DNA of 64,000 nucleotides from Eledone cirrhosa (lineage: Eukaryota): assembly GCA_964016885.1 (NCBI GenBank), contig OZ024745.1:59768001-59832000 (forward strand), in the 5' to 3' direction. The translations under genes and the position numbers were made by a program. The notes beneath the pieces were generated by a model. It was not told the DNA's origin. It saw only the letters and a program-made list of their open reading frames with translations, and did no database searches. Shown in pieces: positions 11,243 to 24,864 of the stretch (its first letter is position 1; every line of letters begins with the position of its first letter).

Positions 11243-11698
11243 GACTTGGAGTGTAAACTGCGACTTGGAGTGTAAACTGCGACTTGGAGTGTAATGTACA
11301 ACTTGGAGCATAATGTACAACTTGGAGCATAATGTACGACTTGGCGCATAATGTACGACTTAGAGTGTAATGTAGGACTTAGAGTGTAATGTAGGACTTA
11401 GAGTGTAATGTAGGACTTAGAGTGTAATGTAGGACTTAGAGTGTAATGTAGGACTAGGAGCATAATGTAGGACTAGGAGCATAATGTACGACTTGGAGTG
11501 TAATGTAGGACTTGGAGTGTAATGTAGGACTTGGAGTGTAAACTGCGAGTTGAAATATAAATTGCGACTTGGATTGTAAACCTTGACTTGCAGTGTATTG
11601 AACAACCTGGGGTGTATACTGCGGCTTGGAGTGTAAACTGCGGCTCCGAATATAAACTACGACTTGCAGTGTCATATATGACTCTGAGTGAAAACCTC
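11243..11698 (+). repeat. Cassette 4 (24 monomers; GGCGCATA + GATTGTAAACCTT)
   Basis: Same monomer order; 456 bp. Confidence 0.95.
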
Positions 11699-12553
11699 GA
11701 CTTGGAGTGAAAACCTCGACTTGGAGTGAGAACCTCGACTTGGAGTGAGAACCTCGACTTGGAATGAAAACCTCGACTTGGAGTGAGAACCTCGACTTGG
11801 AGTGAGAACCTCGACTTGGAGTGAAAACCTCGACTTGGAGTGAAAACCTCGACTTGGAGTGAAAACCTCGACTTGAAGTGAAAACCTCGACTTGGAGTGA
11901 GAACTTCGACTTGGAGTGACAACCTCGACTTGGAGTAACAACCTCGACTTGGAGTGAAAACCTCGACTTGGAGTGAGAACCACGACTTGGAGTGAAAACC
12001 TCGACTTGGAGTGAGAACCTCGACTTGGAGTGAAAACCTCGACTTGGAGTGAAAAGCTCGACTTGGAATGAGAACCTCGACTTGGAGTGAGAACCTCGAC
12101 TTGGAGTGAGAACCTCGACTTGGAGTGTAAACTGCGACTCTGAGTGAAAACCTCGACTTGGAGTGAGAACCTCGACTTGGAGTGAAAACCTAGACTTGGA
12201 GTGAGAACCTCGACTTGGAGTGAAAACCTCGACTTGGAGTGAGAACCTCGACTTGGAGTGAAAACCTCGACTTGGAGTGAGAACCTCGACTTGGAGTGAA
12301 AACCTCGACTTGGAGTCAGAACCTCGGCTTGGAGTCAGAACCTCGACTTGGAGTGAAAACCTCGACTTGGAGTGAAAACCTCGACTTGGAGTGAAAACCT
12401 CGACTTGGAGTGAGAACCTCGACTTGGAGTGAGAACCTCGACTTGGAGTGAAAACCTCGACTTGGAGTGAGAACCTCTACTTGGAGTGAAAACCTCGACT
12501 TGAAGTGTAAACTGCGACTTGGAGTGAGAACCTCGACTTGGAGTGAAAACCTC

Positions 12554-13009
12554 GACTTGGAGTGTAAACTGCGACTTGGAGTGTAAACTGCGACTTGGAG
12601 TGTAATGTACAACTTGGAGCATAATGTACAACTTGGAGCATAATGTACGACTTGGCGCATAATGTACGACTTAGAGTGTAATGTAGGACTTAGAGTGTAA
12701 TGTAGGACTTAGAGTGTAATGTAGGACTTAGAGTGTAATGTAGGACTTATAGTGTAATGTAGGACTAGGAGCATAATGTAGGACTAGGAGCATAATGTAC
12801 GACTTGGAGTGTAATGTAGGACTTGGAGTGTAATGTAGGACTTGGAGTGTAAACTGCGAGTTGAAATATAAATTGCGACTTGGATTGTAAATCTTGACTT
12901 GCAGTGTATTGAACAACTTGGGGTGTATACTGCGGCTTGGAGTGTAAACTGCGGCTCCGAATATAAACTACGACTTGCAGTGTCATATATGACTCTGAGT
13001 GAAAACCTC
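12554..13009 (+). repeat. Cassette 5 (24 monomers; same haplotype as cassettes 1 and 2)
   Basis: Same monomer order; 456 bp. Confidence 0.95.
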
Positions 13010-14965
13010 GACTTGGAGTGAAAACCTCGACTTGGAGTGAGAACCTCGATTGGAGTGAGAACCTCGACTTGGAGTGAAAACCTCGACTTGGAGTGAGAAC
13101 CTCGACTTGGAGTGAAAACCTCGACTTGGAGTGAAAACCTCGACTTGGAGTGAGAACCTCGACTTGGAGTGAGAACCTCGACTTGGAGTGAGAACCTCGA
13201 CTTGGAGTGAGAACATCGACTTGGAGTGAGAACATCGACTTGGAGTAAGAACCTCGACTTGGAGTGAAAACCTCGACTTGGAGTGAGAACCTCGACTTGG
13301 AGTGAAAACCTCGACTTGGAGTGAAAACCTCGACTTGGAGTGAGAACCTCGACTTGGAGTGAAAACCTCGACTTGGAGTGAAAACCTCGACTTGGAGTGA
13401 AAACCTCGACTTGGAGTGAAAACCTCGACTTGGAGTGAGAACCTCGACTTGGAGTGAGAACCTCGACTTGGAGTGAAAACCTCGACTTGGAGTGAGAACC
13501 TCGACTTGGAGTGAAAACCTCGACTTGGAGTGAGAACCTCGACTTGGAGTGAGAACCTCGACTTGGAGTGAAAACCTCGACTTGGAGTGAGAACCTCGAC
13601 TTGGAGTGAGAACCTCGACTTGGAGTGAGAACCTCGACTTGGAGTGAAAACCTCGACTTGGAGTGAAAACCTCGACTTGGAGTGAAAACCTCGACTTGGA
13701 TTGAGAACCTCGACTTGGAGTGAAAACCTCGACTTGGAGTGAGAACCTCGACTTGGAGTGAGAACCTCGACTCGGAGTGAGAACCTCGACTTGGAGTGAA
13801 AACCTCGACTTGGAGTCAGAACCTCGACTTGGAGTCAGAACCTCGACTTGGAGTCAGAACCTCGACTTGGAGTCAGAACCTCGACTTGGAGTGAAAACCT
13901 CGACTTGGAGTGAAAACCTCGACTTGGAGTGAGAACCTCGACTTGGAGTGAGAACCTCGACTTGGAGTGAGAACCTCGACTTGGAGTGAAAACCTCGACT
14001 TGGAGTGAGAACCTCGACTTGGAGTGAAAACCTCGACTTGGAGTGAGAACCTCGACTTGGAGTGAGAACCTCGACTTGGAGTGAGAACCTCGACTTGGAG
14101 TGAGAACCTCGACTTGGAGTGAAAACCTCGACTTGGAGTGAGAACCTCGACTTGGAGTGAAAACCTCGACTTGGAGTGAAAACCTCGACTTGGAGTGAGA
14201 ACCTCGACTTGGAGTGAAAACCTCGACTTGGAGTGAGAACCTCGACTTGGAGTGAGAACCTCGACTTGGAGTGAAAACCTCGACTTGGAGTGAAAACCTC
14301 GACTTGGAGTGAAAACCTCGACTTGGAGTGAGAACCTCGACTTGGGGTGAGAACCTCGACTTGGAGTGAGAACCTCGACTTGGAGTGAGAACCTCGACTT
14401 GGGGTGAGAACCTCGACTTGGAGTGTAAACTGCGACTCTGAGTGAAAACCTCGACTTGGAGTGAGAACCTCGACTTGGAGTGAAAACCTCGACTTGGAGT
14501 GAGAACCTCGACTTGGAGTGAGAACCTCGACTTGGAGTGAAAACCTCGACTTGGAGGGAAAACCTCGACTTGGAGTGAGAACCTCGACTTGGAGTGAAAA
14601 ACTCGACTTGGAGTGAAAACCTCGACTTGGAGTGAGAACCTCGACTTGGAGTGAGAACCTCGACTTGGAGTGAGAACCTCGACTTGGAGTGAGAACCTCG
14701 ACTTGGAGTGTAAACTGCGACTCTGAGTGAAAACCTCGACTTGGAGTGAGAACCTCGACTTGGAGTGAAAACCTCGACTCGGAGTGAGAACCTCGACTTG
14801 GAGTGAAAACCTCGACTTGGAGTCAGAACCTCGACTTGGAGTCAGAACCTCGACTTGGAGTCAGAACCTCGACTTGCAGTCAGAACCTCGACTTGGAGTG
14901 AAAACCTCGACTTGGAGTGTAAACTGCGACTTGGAGTGAGAACCTCGACTTGGAGTGAAAACCTC

Positions 14966-15383
14966 GACTTGGAGTGTAAACTGCGACTTGGAGTGTAATG
15001 TACAACTTGGAGCATAATGTACAACTTGGAGCATAATGTACGACTTGGAGCATAATGTACGACTTAGAGTGTAATGTAGGACTTAGAGTGTAATGTAGGA
15101 CTTAGAGTGTAATGTAGGACTTAGAGTGTAATGTAGGACTAGGAGCATAATGTAGGACTAGGAGCATAATGTACGACTTGGAGTGTAATGTAGGACTTGG
15201 AGTGTAATGTAGGACTTGGAGTGTAAACTGCGAGTTGGAATATAAATTGCGACTTGGATTGTAAACCTTGACTTGCAGTGTATTGAACAACTTGGGGTGT
15301 ATACTGCGGCTTGGAGTGTAAACTGCGGCTCCGAATATAAACTACGACTTGCAGTGTCATATATGACTCTGAGTGAAAACCTC
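14966..15383 (+). repeat. Cassette 6 (22 monomers; GAGTTGGAATATA haplotype)
   Basis: One lead-in monomer and 4 TTAG monomers; 418 bp. Confidence 0.95.
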
Positions 15384-17899
15384 GACTTGGAGTGAAAACC
15401 TCGACTTGGAGTGAAAACCTCGACTTGGAGTGTAAACTGCGACTCTGAGTGAAAACCTCGACTTGGAGTGAGAACCTCGACTTGGAGTGAAAACCTCGAC
15501 TTGGAGTGAAAACCTCGACTTGGAGTGAGAACCTCGACTTGGAGTGAGAACCTCGACTTGGAGTCAGAACCTCGACTTGGAGTCAGAACCTCGACTTGGA
15601 GTCAGAACCTCGACTTGGAGTGAAAACCTCGACTTGGAGTGAAAACCTCGACTTGGAGTGAAAACCTCGACTTGGAGTGAAAACCTCGACTTGGAGTGAA
15701 AACCTCGACTTGGAGTGAAAACCTCGACTTGGGGTGAAAACCTCGACTTGGAGTGAAAACCTCGACTTGGAGTGAGAACCTCGACTTGGAGTGAGAACCT
15801 CGACTTGGAGTGAAAACCTCGACTTGGAGTGAGAACCTCGACTTGGAGTGAAAACCTCGACTTGGAGTGAGAACCTCGACTTGGAGTGAAAACCTCGACT
15901 TGGAGTGAGAACCTCGACTTGGAGTGAGAACCTCGACTTGGAGTGAGAACCTCGACTTGGAGTGCGAACCTCGACTTGGAGTGGAAACCTCGACTTGGAG
16001 TGAAAACCTCGACTTGGAGTGAAAACCTCGACTTGGAGTGAGAACCTCGACTTGGAGTGAGAACCTCGACTTGGAGTGAGAACCTCGCATTGGAGTGAGA
16101 ACCTCGCATTGGAGTGAGAACCTCGACTTGGAGTGAGAACCTCGACTTGGAGTGAGAACCTCGACTTGGAGTGAAAACCTCGACTTGGAGTGAGAACCTC
16201 GACTTGGAGTGAGAACCTCGACTTGGAGTGAAAACCTCGACTTGGAGTGAAAACCTCGACTTGGAGTGAGAACCTCGACTTGGAGTGAAAACCTCGACTT
16301 GGAGTGAGAACCTCGACTTGGAGTGAGAACCTCGACTTGGAGTGAGAACCTCGACTTGGAGTGAGAACCTCGACTTGGAGTGAGAACCTCGACTTGGAGT
16401 GAAAACCTCGACTTGGAGTGAGAACCTCGACTTGGAGTGAGAACCTCGACTTGGAGTGGAAACCTCGACTTGGAGTGAGAACCTCGACTTGGAGTGAGAA
16501 CCTCGACTTGGAGTGGAAACCTCGACTTGGAGTGGAAACCTCGACTTGGAGTGAGAACCTCGACTTGGAGTGAAAACCTCGACTTGGAGTGAAAACCTCG
16601 ACTTCGAGTGAAAACCTCGACTTGGAGTGAGAACCTCGACTTGGAGTGAGAACCTCGACTTGGAGTGAGAACCTCGACTTTGAGTGAAAACCTCGACTTG
16701 GAGAGAGAACCTCGACTTTGAGTGAGAACCTCGACTTTGAGTGAGAACCTCGACTTTGAGTGAAAACCTCGACTTGGAGTGGAAACCTCGACTTGGAGTG
16801 GAAACCTCGACTTGGAGTGGAAACCTCGACTTGGAGTGGAAACCTCGACTTGGAGTGGAAACCTCGACTTGGAGTGAGAACCTCGACTTGGAGTGAGAAC
16901 CTCGACTTGGAGTGAGAACCTCGACTTGGAGTGGAAACCTCGACTTGGAGTGAGAACCTCGACTTGGAGTGAGAACCTCGACTTGGAGTGAGAACCTCGA
17001 CTTGGAGTGAAAACCTCGACTTGGAGTGAGAACCTCGACTTGGAGTGAAAACCTCGACTTGGAGTGAGAACCTCGACTTGGAGTGAAAACCTCGACTTGG
17101 AGTGAGAACCTCGACTTGGAGTGAGAACCTCGACTTGGAGTGAGAACCTCGACTTTGAGTGAAAACCTCGACTTGGAGTGAGAACCTCGACTTGGAGTGA
17201 GAACCTCGACTTGGAGTGAAAACCTCGACTTGGAGTGAGAACCTCGACATGGAGTGAGAACCTCGACTTGGAGTGAAAACCTCGACTTGGAGTGAGAACC
17301 TCGACTTGGAGTGAGAACCTCGACTTGGAGTGAGAACCTCGACTTGGAGTGAAAACCTCGACTTGGAGTGAAAACCTCGACTTGGAGTGAAAACCTCGAC
17401 TTGGAGTGAAAACCTCGACTTGGAGTGAAAACCTCGACTTGGAGTGAAAACCTCGACTTGGGGTGAAAACCTCGACTTGGAGTGAAAACCTCGACTTGGA
17501 GTGAGAACCTCGACTTGGAGTGAGAACCTCGACTTGGAGTGAGAACCTCGACTTGGAGTGAGAACCTCGACTTGGAGTGAGAACCTCGACTTGGAGTGAA
17601 AACCTCGACTTGGAGTGAAAACCTCGACTTGGAGTGAAAACCTCGACTTGGAGTGAAAACCTCGACTTGGAGTGAGAACCTCGACTTGGAGTGAGAACCT
17701 CGACTTGGAGTGAGAACCTCGACTTGGAGTGAGAACCTCGACTTGGAGTGAAAACCTCGACTTGGAGTGAGAACCTCGACTTGGAGTGAAAACCTCGACT
17801 TGGAGTGAGAACCTCGACTTGGAGTGAAAACCTCGACTTGGAGTGAAAACCTCGACTTGGAGTGAAAACCTCGACTTGGAGTGAGAACCTCGACTTGGA

Positions 17900-20800
17900 G
17901 TGAGAACCTCGACTTGGAGTGAGAACCTCGACTTGGAGTGAGAACCTCGACTTGGAGTGAGAACCTCGACTTGGAGTGAGAACCTCGACTTGGAGTGAGA
18001 ACCTCGACTTGGAGTGGAAACCTCGACTTGGAGTGAGAACCTCGACTTGGAGTGGAAACCTCGACTTGGAGTGGAAACCTCGACTTGGAGTGAAAACCTC
18101 GACTTGGAGTGAAAACCTCGACTTGGAGTGAAAACCTCGACTTGGAGTGAGAACCTCGACTTGGAGTGAGAACCTCGACTTGGAGTGAGAACCTCGACTT
18201 TGAGTGAAAACCTCGACTTGGAGAGAGAACCTCGACTTGGAGTGAGAACCTCGACTTTGAGTGAGAACCTCGACTTGGAGTGAGAACCTCGACTTTGAGT
18301 GAAAACCTCGACTTGGAGTGAGAACCTCGACTTGGAGTGAAAACCTCGACTTGGAGTGAAAACCTCGACTTGGAGTGGAAACCTCGACTTGGAGTGGAAA
18401 CCTCGACTTGGAGTGGAAACCTCGACTTGGAGTGAGAACCTCGACTTGGAGTGGAAACCTCGACTTGGAGTGAGAACCTCGACTTGGAGTGAGAACCTCG
18501 ACTTGGAGTGGAAACCTCGACTTGGAGTGAGAACCTCGACTTGGAGTGAGAACCTCGACTTGGAGTGAGAACCTCGACTTGGAGTGAAAACCTCGACTTG
18601 GAGTGAGAACCTCGACTTGGAGTGAAAACCTCGACTTGGAGTGAGAACCTCGACTTGGAGTGAAAACCTCGACTTGGAGTGAGAACCTCGACTTGGAGTG
18701 AAAACCTCGACTTGGAGTGAGAACCTCGACTTGGAGTGAGAACCTCGACTTTGAGTGAAAACCTCGACTTGGAGAGAGAACCTCAACTTGGAGTGAGAAC
18801 CTCGACTTTGAGTGAAAACCTCGACTTGGAGTGAGAACCTCGACTTTGAGTGAAAACCTCGACTTGGAGTGAGAACCTCGACTTGGAGTGAAAACCTCGA
18901 CTTGGAGTGAAAACCTCGACTTGGAGTGAGAACCTCGACTTGGAGTGGAAACCTCGACTTGGAGTGAAAACCTCGATTTGGAGTGAGAACCTCGACTTGG
19001 AGTGAGAACCTCGACTTGGAGTGAAAACCTCGACTTGGAGTGAGAACCTCGACTTGGAGTGAAAACCTCGACTTGGAGTGAGAACCTCGACTTGGAGTGA
19101 GAACCTCGACTTGGAGTGGGAACCTCGACTTGGAGTGAGAACCTCGACTTGGAGTGAAAACCTCGACTTGGAGTGAAAACCTCGACTTGGAGTGAGAACC
19201 TCGACTTGGAGTGAAAACCTCGACTTGGAGTGAAAACCTCGACTTGGAGTGAGAACCTCGACTTGGAGTGAGAACCTCGACTTGGAGTGAAAACCTCGAC
19301 TTGGAGTGAGAACCTCGACTTGGAGTGAGAACCTCGACTTGGAGTGAAAACCTCGACTTGGAGTGAGAACCTCGACTTGGAGTGAAAACCTCGACTTGGA
19401 GTGAGAACCTCGACTTGGAGTGAGAACCTCGACTTGGAGTGAAAACCTCGACTTGGAGTGAGAACCTCGACTTGGAGTGAAAACCTCGACTTGGAGTGAG
19501 AACCTCGACTTGGAGTGAGAACCTCGACTTGGAGTGAGAACCTCGACTTGGAGTGAGAACCTCGACTTGGAGTGAGAACCTCGACTTGGAGTGAGAACCT
19601 CGACTTACAGTGAAAACCTCGACTTGGAGTGAGAACCTCGACTTGCAGTGAAAACCTCGACTTGGAGTGAGAACCTCGACTTGGAGTGAAAACCTCGACT
19701 TGGAGTGAGAACCTCGACTTGCAGTGAAAACCTCGACTTGGAGTGAGAACCTCGACTTGGAGTGAAAACCTCGACTTGCAGTGAAAACCTCGACTTGGAG
19801 TGAGAACCTCGACTTGGAGTGAAAACCTCGACTTGGAGTGAGAACCTCGACTTGCAGTGAAAACCTCGACTTGGAGTGAGAACCTCGACTTGGAGTGAAA
19901 ACCTCGACTTGCAGTGAAAACCTCGACTTGGAGTGAGAACCTCGACTTGGAGTGAAAACCTCGACTTGGAGTGAAAACCTCGACTTGGAATGAAAACCTC
20001 GACTTGGAGTGAGAACCTCGACTTGGAGTGAGAACCTCGACTTGGAGTGAGAACCTCGACTTGGAGTGAGAACCTCGACTTGGAGTGAGAACCTCGACTT
20101 GGAGTGTAAACTGCGACTCTGAGTGAAAACCTCGACTTGGAGTGAGAACCTCGACTTGGAGTGAAAACCTCGACTTGGAGTGAGAACCTCGACTTGGAGT
20201 GAAAACCTCGACTTGGAGTGAAAACCTCGACTTGGAGTGAGAACCTCGAATTGGAGTGAAAACCTCGACTTGGAGTGAAAACCTCGACTTGGAGTGAGAA
20301 CCTCGACTTGGAGTGAGAACCTCGACTTGGAGTGAGAACCTCGACTTGGAGTGAGAACCTCGACTTGGAGTGTAAACTGCGACTCTGAGTGAAAACCTCG
20401 ACTTGGAGTGAGAACCTCGACTTGGAGTGAAAACCTCGACTTGGAGTGAGAACCTCGACTTGGAGCATAATGTACAACTTGGAGCATAATGTACGACTTG
20501 GAGCATAATGTACGACTTAGAGTGTAATGTAGGACTTAGAGTGTAATGTAGGACTTAGAGTGTAATGTAGGACTTAGAGTGTAATGTAGGACTTAGAGTG
20601 TAATGTAGGACTAGGAGCATAATGTAGGACTAGGAGCATAATGTACGACTTGGAGTGTAATGTAGGACTTGGAGTGTAATGTAGGACTTGGAGTGTAAAC
20701 TGCGAGTTGAAATATAAATTGCGACTTGGATAGTAAACCTTGACTTGCAGTGTATTGAACAACTTGGGGTGTATACTGCGGCTTGGAGTGTAAACTGCGG

Positions 20801-23800
20801 CGCCGAATATAAACTACGACTTGCAGTGTCATATATGACTCTGAGTGAAAACCTCGACTTGGAGTGAAAACCTCGACTTGGAGTGAGAACCTCGACTTGG
20901 AGTGAGAACCTCGACTTGGAGTGAAAACCTCGACTTGGAGTGAAAACCTCGACTTGGAGTGAAAACCTCGACTTGGAGTGAGAACCTCGACTTGGAGTGA
21001 GAACCTCGACTTGGAGTGAGAACCTCGACTTGGAGTGAGAACCTCGACTTGGAGTGAGAACCTCGACTTGCAGTGAAAACCTCGACTTGGAGTGAGAACC
21101 TCGACTTGGAGTGAGAACCTCGACTTGGAGTGAAAACCTCGACTTGGAGTGAAAACCTCGACTTGGAGTGAGAACCTCGACTTGGAGTGAAAACGTCGAC
21201 TTGGAGTGAAAACCTCGACTTGGAGTGAAAACCTCGACTTGGAGTGAAAACCTCGACTTGGAGTGAGAACCTCGACTTGGAGTGAGAACCTCGACTTGGA
21301 GTGAGAACCTCGACTTGGAGTGAGAACCTCGACTTGGAGTGAGAACCTCGACTTGGAGTGAGAACCTCGACTTGGAGTGAGAACCTCGACTTGGAGTGAG
21401 AACCTCGACTTGGAGTGGAAACCTCGACTTGGAGTGGAAACCTCGACTTGGAGTGAAAACCTCGACTTGGAGTGAAAACCTCGACTTGGAGTGAAAACCT
21501 CGACTTGGAGTGAGAACCTCGACTTGGAGTGAGAACCTCGACTTGGAGTGAGAACCTCGACTTGGAGTGAGAACCTCGACTTGGAGTGAGAACCTCGACT
21601 TGGAGTGAGAACCTCGACTTGGAGTGAGAACCTCGACTTGGAGTGAGAACCTCGACTTGGAGTGAAAACCTCGACTTGGAGTGAGAACCTCGACTTGGAG
21701 TGGAAACCTCGACTTGGAGTGGAAACCTCGACTTGGAGTGAAAACCTCGACTTGGAGTGAAAACCTCGACTTGGAGTGAAAACCTCGACTTGGAGTGAGA
21801 ACCTCGACTTGGAGTGAGAACCTCGACTTGGAGTGAGAACCTCGACTTTGAGTGAAAACCTCGACTTGGAGAGAGAACCTCGACTTGGAGTGAGAACCTC
21901 GACTTTGAGTGAGAACCTCGACTTGGAGTGAGAACCTCGACTTTGAGTGAAAACCTCGACTTGGAGTGAGAACCTCGACTTGGAGTGAAAACCTCGACTT
22001 GGAGTGAAAACCTCGACTTGGAGTGGAAACCTCGACTTGGAGTGGAAACCTCGACTTGGAGTGGAAACCTCGACTTGGAGTGAGAACCTCGACTTGGAGT
22101 GAGAACCTCGACTTGGAGTGAGAACCTCGACTTGGAGTGAGAACCTCGACTTGGAGTGGAAACCTCGACTTGGAGTGAGAACCTCGACTTGGAGTGAGAA
22201 CCTCGACTTGGAGTGAGAACCTCGACTTGGAGTGAAAACCTCGACTTGGAGTGAGAACCTCGACTTGGAGTGAAAACCTCGACTTGGAGTGAGAACCTCG
22301 ACTTGGAGTGAAAACCTCGACTTGGAGTGAGAACCTCGACTTGGAGTGAAAACCTCGACTTGGAGTGAGAACCTCGACTTGGAGTGAGAACCTCGACTTT
22401 GAGTGAAAACCTCGACTTGGAGAGAGAACCTCAACTTGGAGTGAGAACCTCGACTTTGAGTGAAAACCTCGACTTGGAGTGAGAACCTCGACTTTGAGTG
22501 AAAACCTCGACTTGGAGTGAGAACCTCGACTTGGAGTGAAAACCTCGACTTGGAGTGAAAACCTCGACTTGGAGTGAGAACCTCGACTTGGAGTGGAAAC
22601 CTCGACTTGGAGTGAAAACCTCGATTTGGAGTGAGAACCTCGACTTGGAGTGAGAACCTCGACTTGGAGTGAAAACCTCGACTTGGAGTGAGAACCTCGA
22701 CTTGGAGTGAAAACCTCGACTTGGAGTGAGAACCTCGACTTGGAGTGAGAACCTCGACTTGGAGTGGGAACCTCGACTTGGAGTGAGAACCTCGACTTGG
22801 AGTGAGAACCTCGACTTGGAGTGAAAACCTCGACTTGGAGTGAAAACCTCGACTTGGAGTGAAAACCTCGACTTGGAGTGAAAACCTCGACTTGGAGTGA
22901 GAACCTCGACTTGGAGTGAAAACCTCGACTTGGAGTGAAAACCTCGACTTGGAGTGAGAACCTCGACTTGGAGTGAGAACCTCGACTTGGAGTGAAAACC
23001 TCGACTTGGAGTGAGAACCTCGACTTGGAGTGAAAACCTCGACTTGGAGTGAGAACCTCGACTTGGAGTGAGAACCTCGACTTGGAGTGAAAACCTCGAC
23101 TTGGAGTGAGAACCTCGACTTGGAGTGAGAACCTCGACTTGGAGTGAAAACCTCGACTTGGAGTGAAAACCTCGACTTGGAGTGAAAACCTCGACTTGGA
23201 GTGAGAACCTCGACTTGGAGTGAGAACCTCGACTTGGAGTGAGAACCTCGACTTGGAGTGAGAACCTCGACTTGGAGTGAGAACCTCGACTTGGAGTGAG
23301 AACCTCGACTTACAGTGAAAACCTCGACTTGGAGTGAGAACCTCGACTTGCAGTGAAAACCTCGACTTGGAGTGAGAACCTCGACTTGGAGTGAAAACCT
23401 CGACTTGGAGTGAGAACCTCGACTTGCAGTGAAAACCTCGACTTGGAGTGAGAACCTCGACTTGGAGTGAAAACCTCGACTTGCAGTGAAAACCTCGACT
23501 TGGAGTGAGAACCTCGACTTGGAGTGAAAACCTCGACTTGGAGTGAGAACCTCGACTTGCAGTGAAAACCTCGACTTGGAGTGAGAACCTCGACTTGGAG
23601 TGAAAACCTCGACTTGCAGTGAAAACCTCGACTTGGAGTGAGAACCTCGACTTGGAGTGAAAACCTCGACTTGGAGTGAAAACCTCGACTTGGAATGAAA
23701 ACCTCGACTTGGAGTGAGAACCTCGACTTGGAGTGAGAACCTCGACTTGGAGTGAGAACCTCGACTTGGAGTGAGAACCTCGACTTGGAGTGAGAACCTC

Positions 23801-24180
23801 GACTTGGAGTGTAAACTGCGACTCTGAGTGAAAACCTCGACTTGGAGTGAGAACCTCGACTTGGAGTGAAAACCTCGACTTGGAGTGAGAACCTCGACTT
23901 GGAGTGAGAACCTCGACTTGGAGTGAAAACCTCGACTTGGAGTGAAAACCTCGACTTGGAGTGAAAACCTCGACTTGGAGTGAGAACCTCGAATTGGAGT
24001 GAAAACCTCGACTTGGAGTGAAAACCTCGACTTGGAGTGAGAACCTCGACTTGGAGTGAGAACCTCGACTTGGAGTGAGAACCTCGACTTGGAGTGAGAA
24101 CCTCGACTTGGAGTGTAAACTGCGACTCTGAGTGAAAACCTCGACTTGGAGTGAGAACCTCGACTTGGAGTGAAAACCTC
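17900..24180 (+). repeat. ~2.5 kb segmental duplication (about 17900-20400 = 21550-24180; offsets 3648-3705)
   Basis: Shared rare variants GAGAGAACCTCAAC (18784/22432, 192x19), GTGGGAACC, GACTTACAG (19605/23310, 195x19) and a run of GCAG monomers. Confidence 0.85.
20457..20855 (+). repeat. Cassette 7 (21 monomers; left-truncated; GATAGT haplotype)
   Basis: Starts directly at a GCATAATGTAC monomer; 399 bp. Confidence 0.93.
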
Positions 24181-24408
24181 GACTTGGAGTGAGAACCTCG
24201 ACTTGGAGTCAGAACCTCGACTTGGAGTCAGAACCTTGACTTGGAGTCAGAACCTCGACTTGGAGTCAGAACCTCGACTTGGAGTGAAAACCTCGACTTG
24301 GAGTGAAAACCTCGACTTGGAGTGAGAAGCTCGACTTGGAGTGAGAACCTCGACTTGGAGTGAAAACCTCGACTTGGAGTGAGAACCTCTACTTGGAGTG
24401 AAAACCTC

Positions 24409-24864
24409 GACTTGGAGTGTAAACTGCGACTTGGAGTGTAAACTGCGACTTGGAGTGTAATGTACAACTTGGAGCATAATGTACAACTTGGAGCATAATG
24501 TACGACTTGGAGCATAATGTACGACTTAGAGTGTAATGTAGGACTTAGAGTGTAATGTAGGACTTAGAGTGTAATGTAGGACTTAGAGTGTAATGTAGGA
24601 CTTAGAGTGTAATGTAGGACTAGGAGCATAATGTAGGACTAGGAGCATAATGTACGACTTGGAGTGTAATGTAGGACTTGGAGTGTAATGTAGGACTTGG
24701 AGTGTAAACTGCGAGTTGAAATATAAATTGCGACTTGGATAGTAAACCTTGACTTGCAGTGTATTGAACAACTTGGGGTCTATACTGCGGCTTGGAGTGT
24801 AAACTGCGGCTCCGAATATAAACTACGACTTGCAGTGTCATATATGACTCTGAGTGAAAACCTC
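24409..24864 (+). repeat. Cassette 8 (24 monomers; GATAGT haplotype)
   Basis: Same monomer order; 456 bp. Confidence 0.95.
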
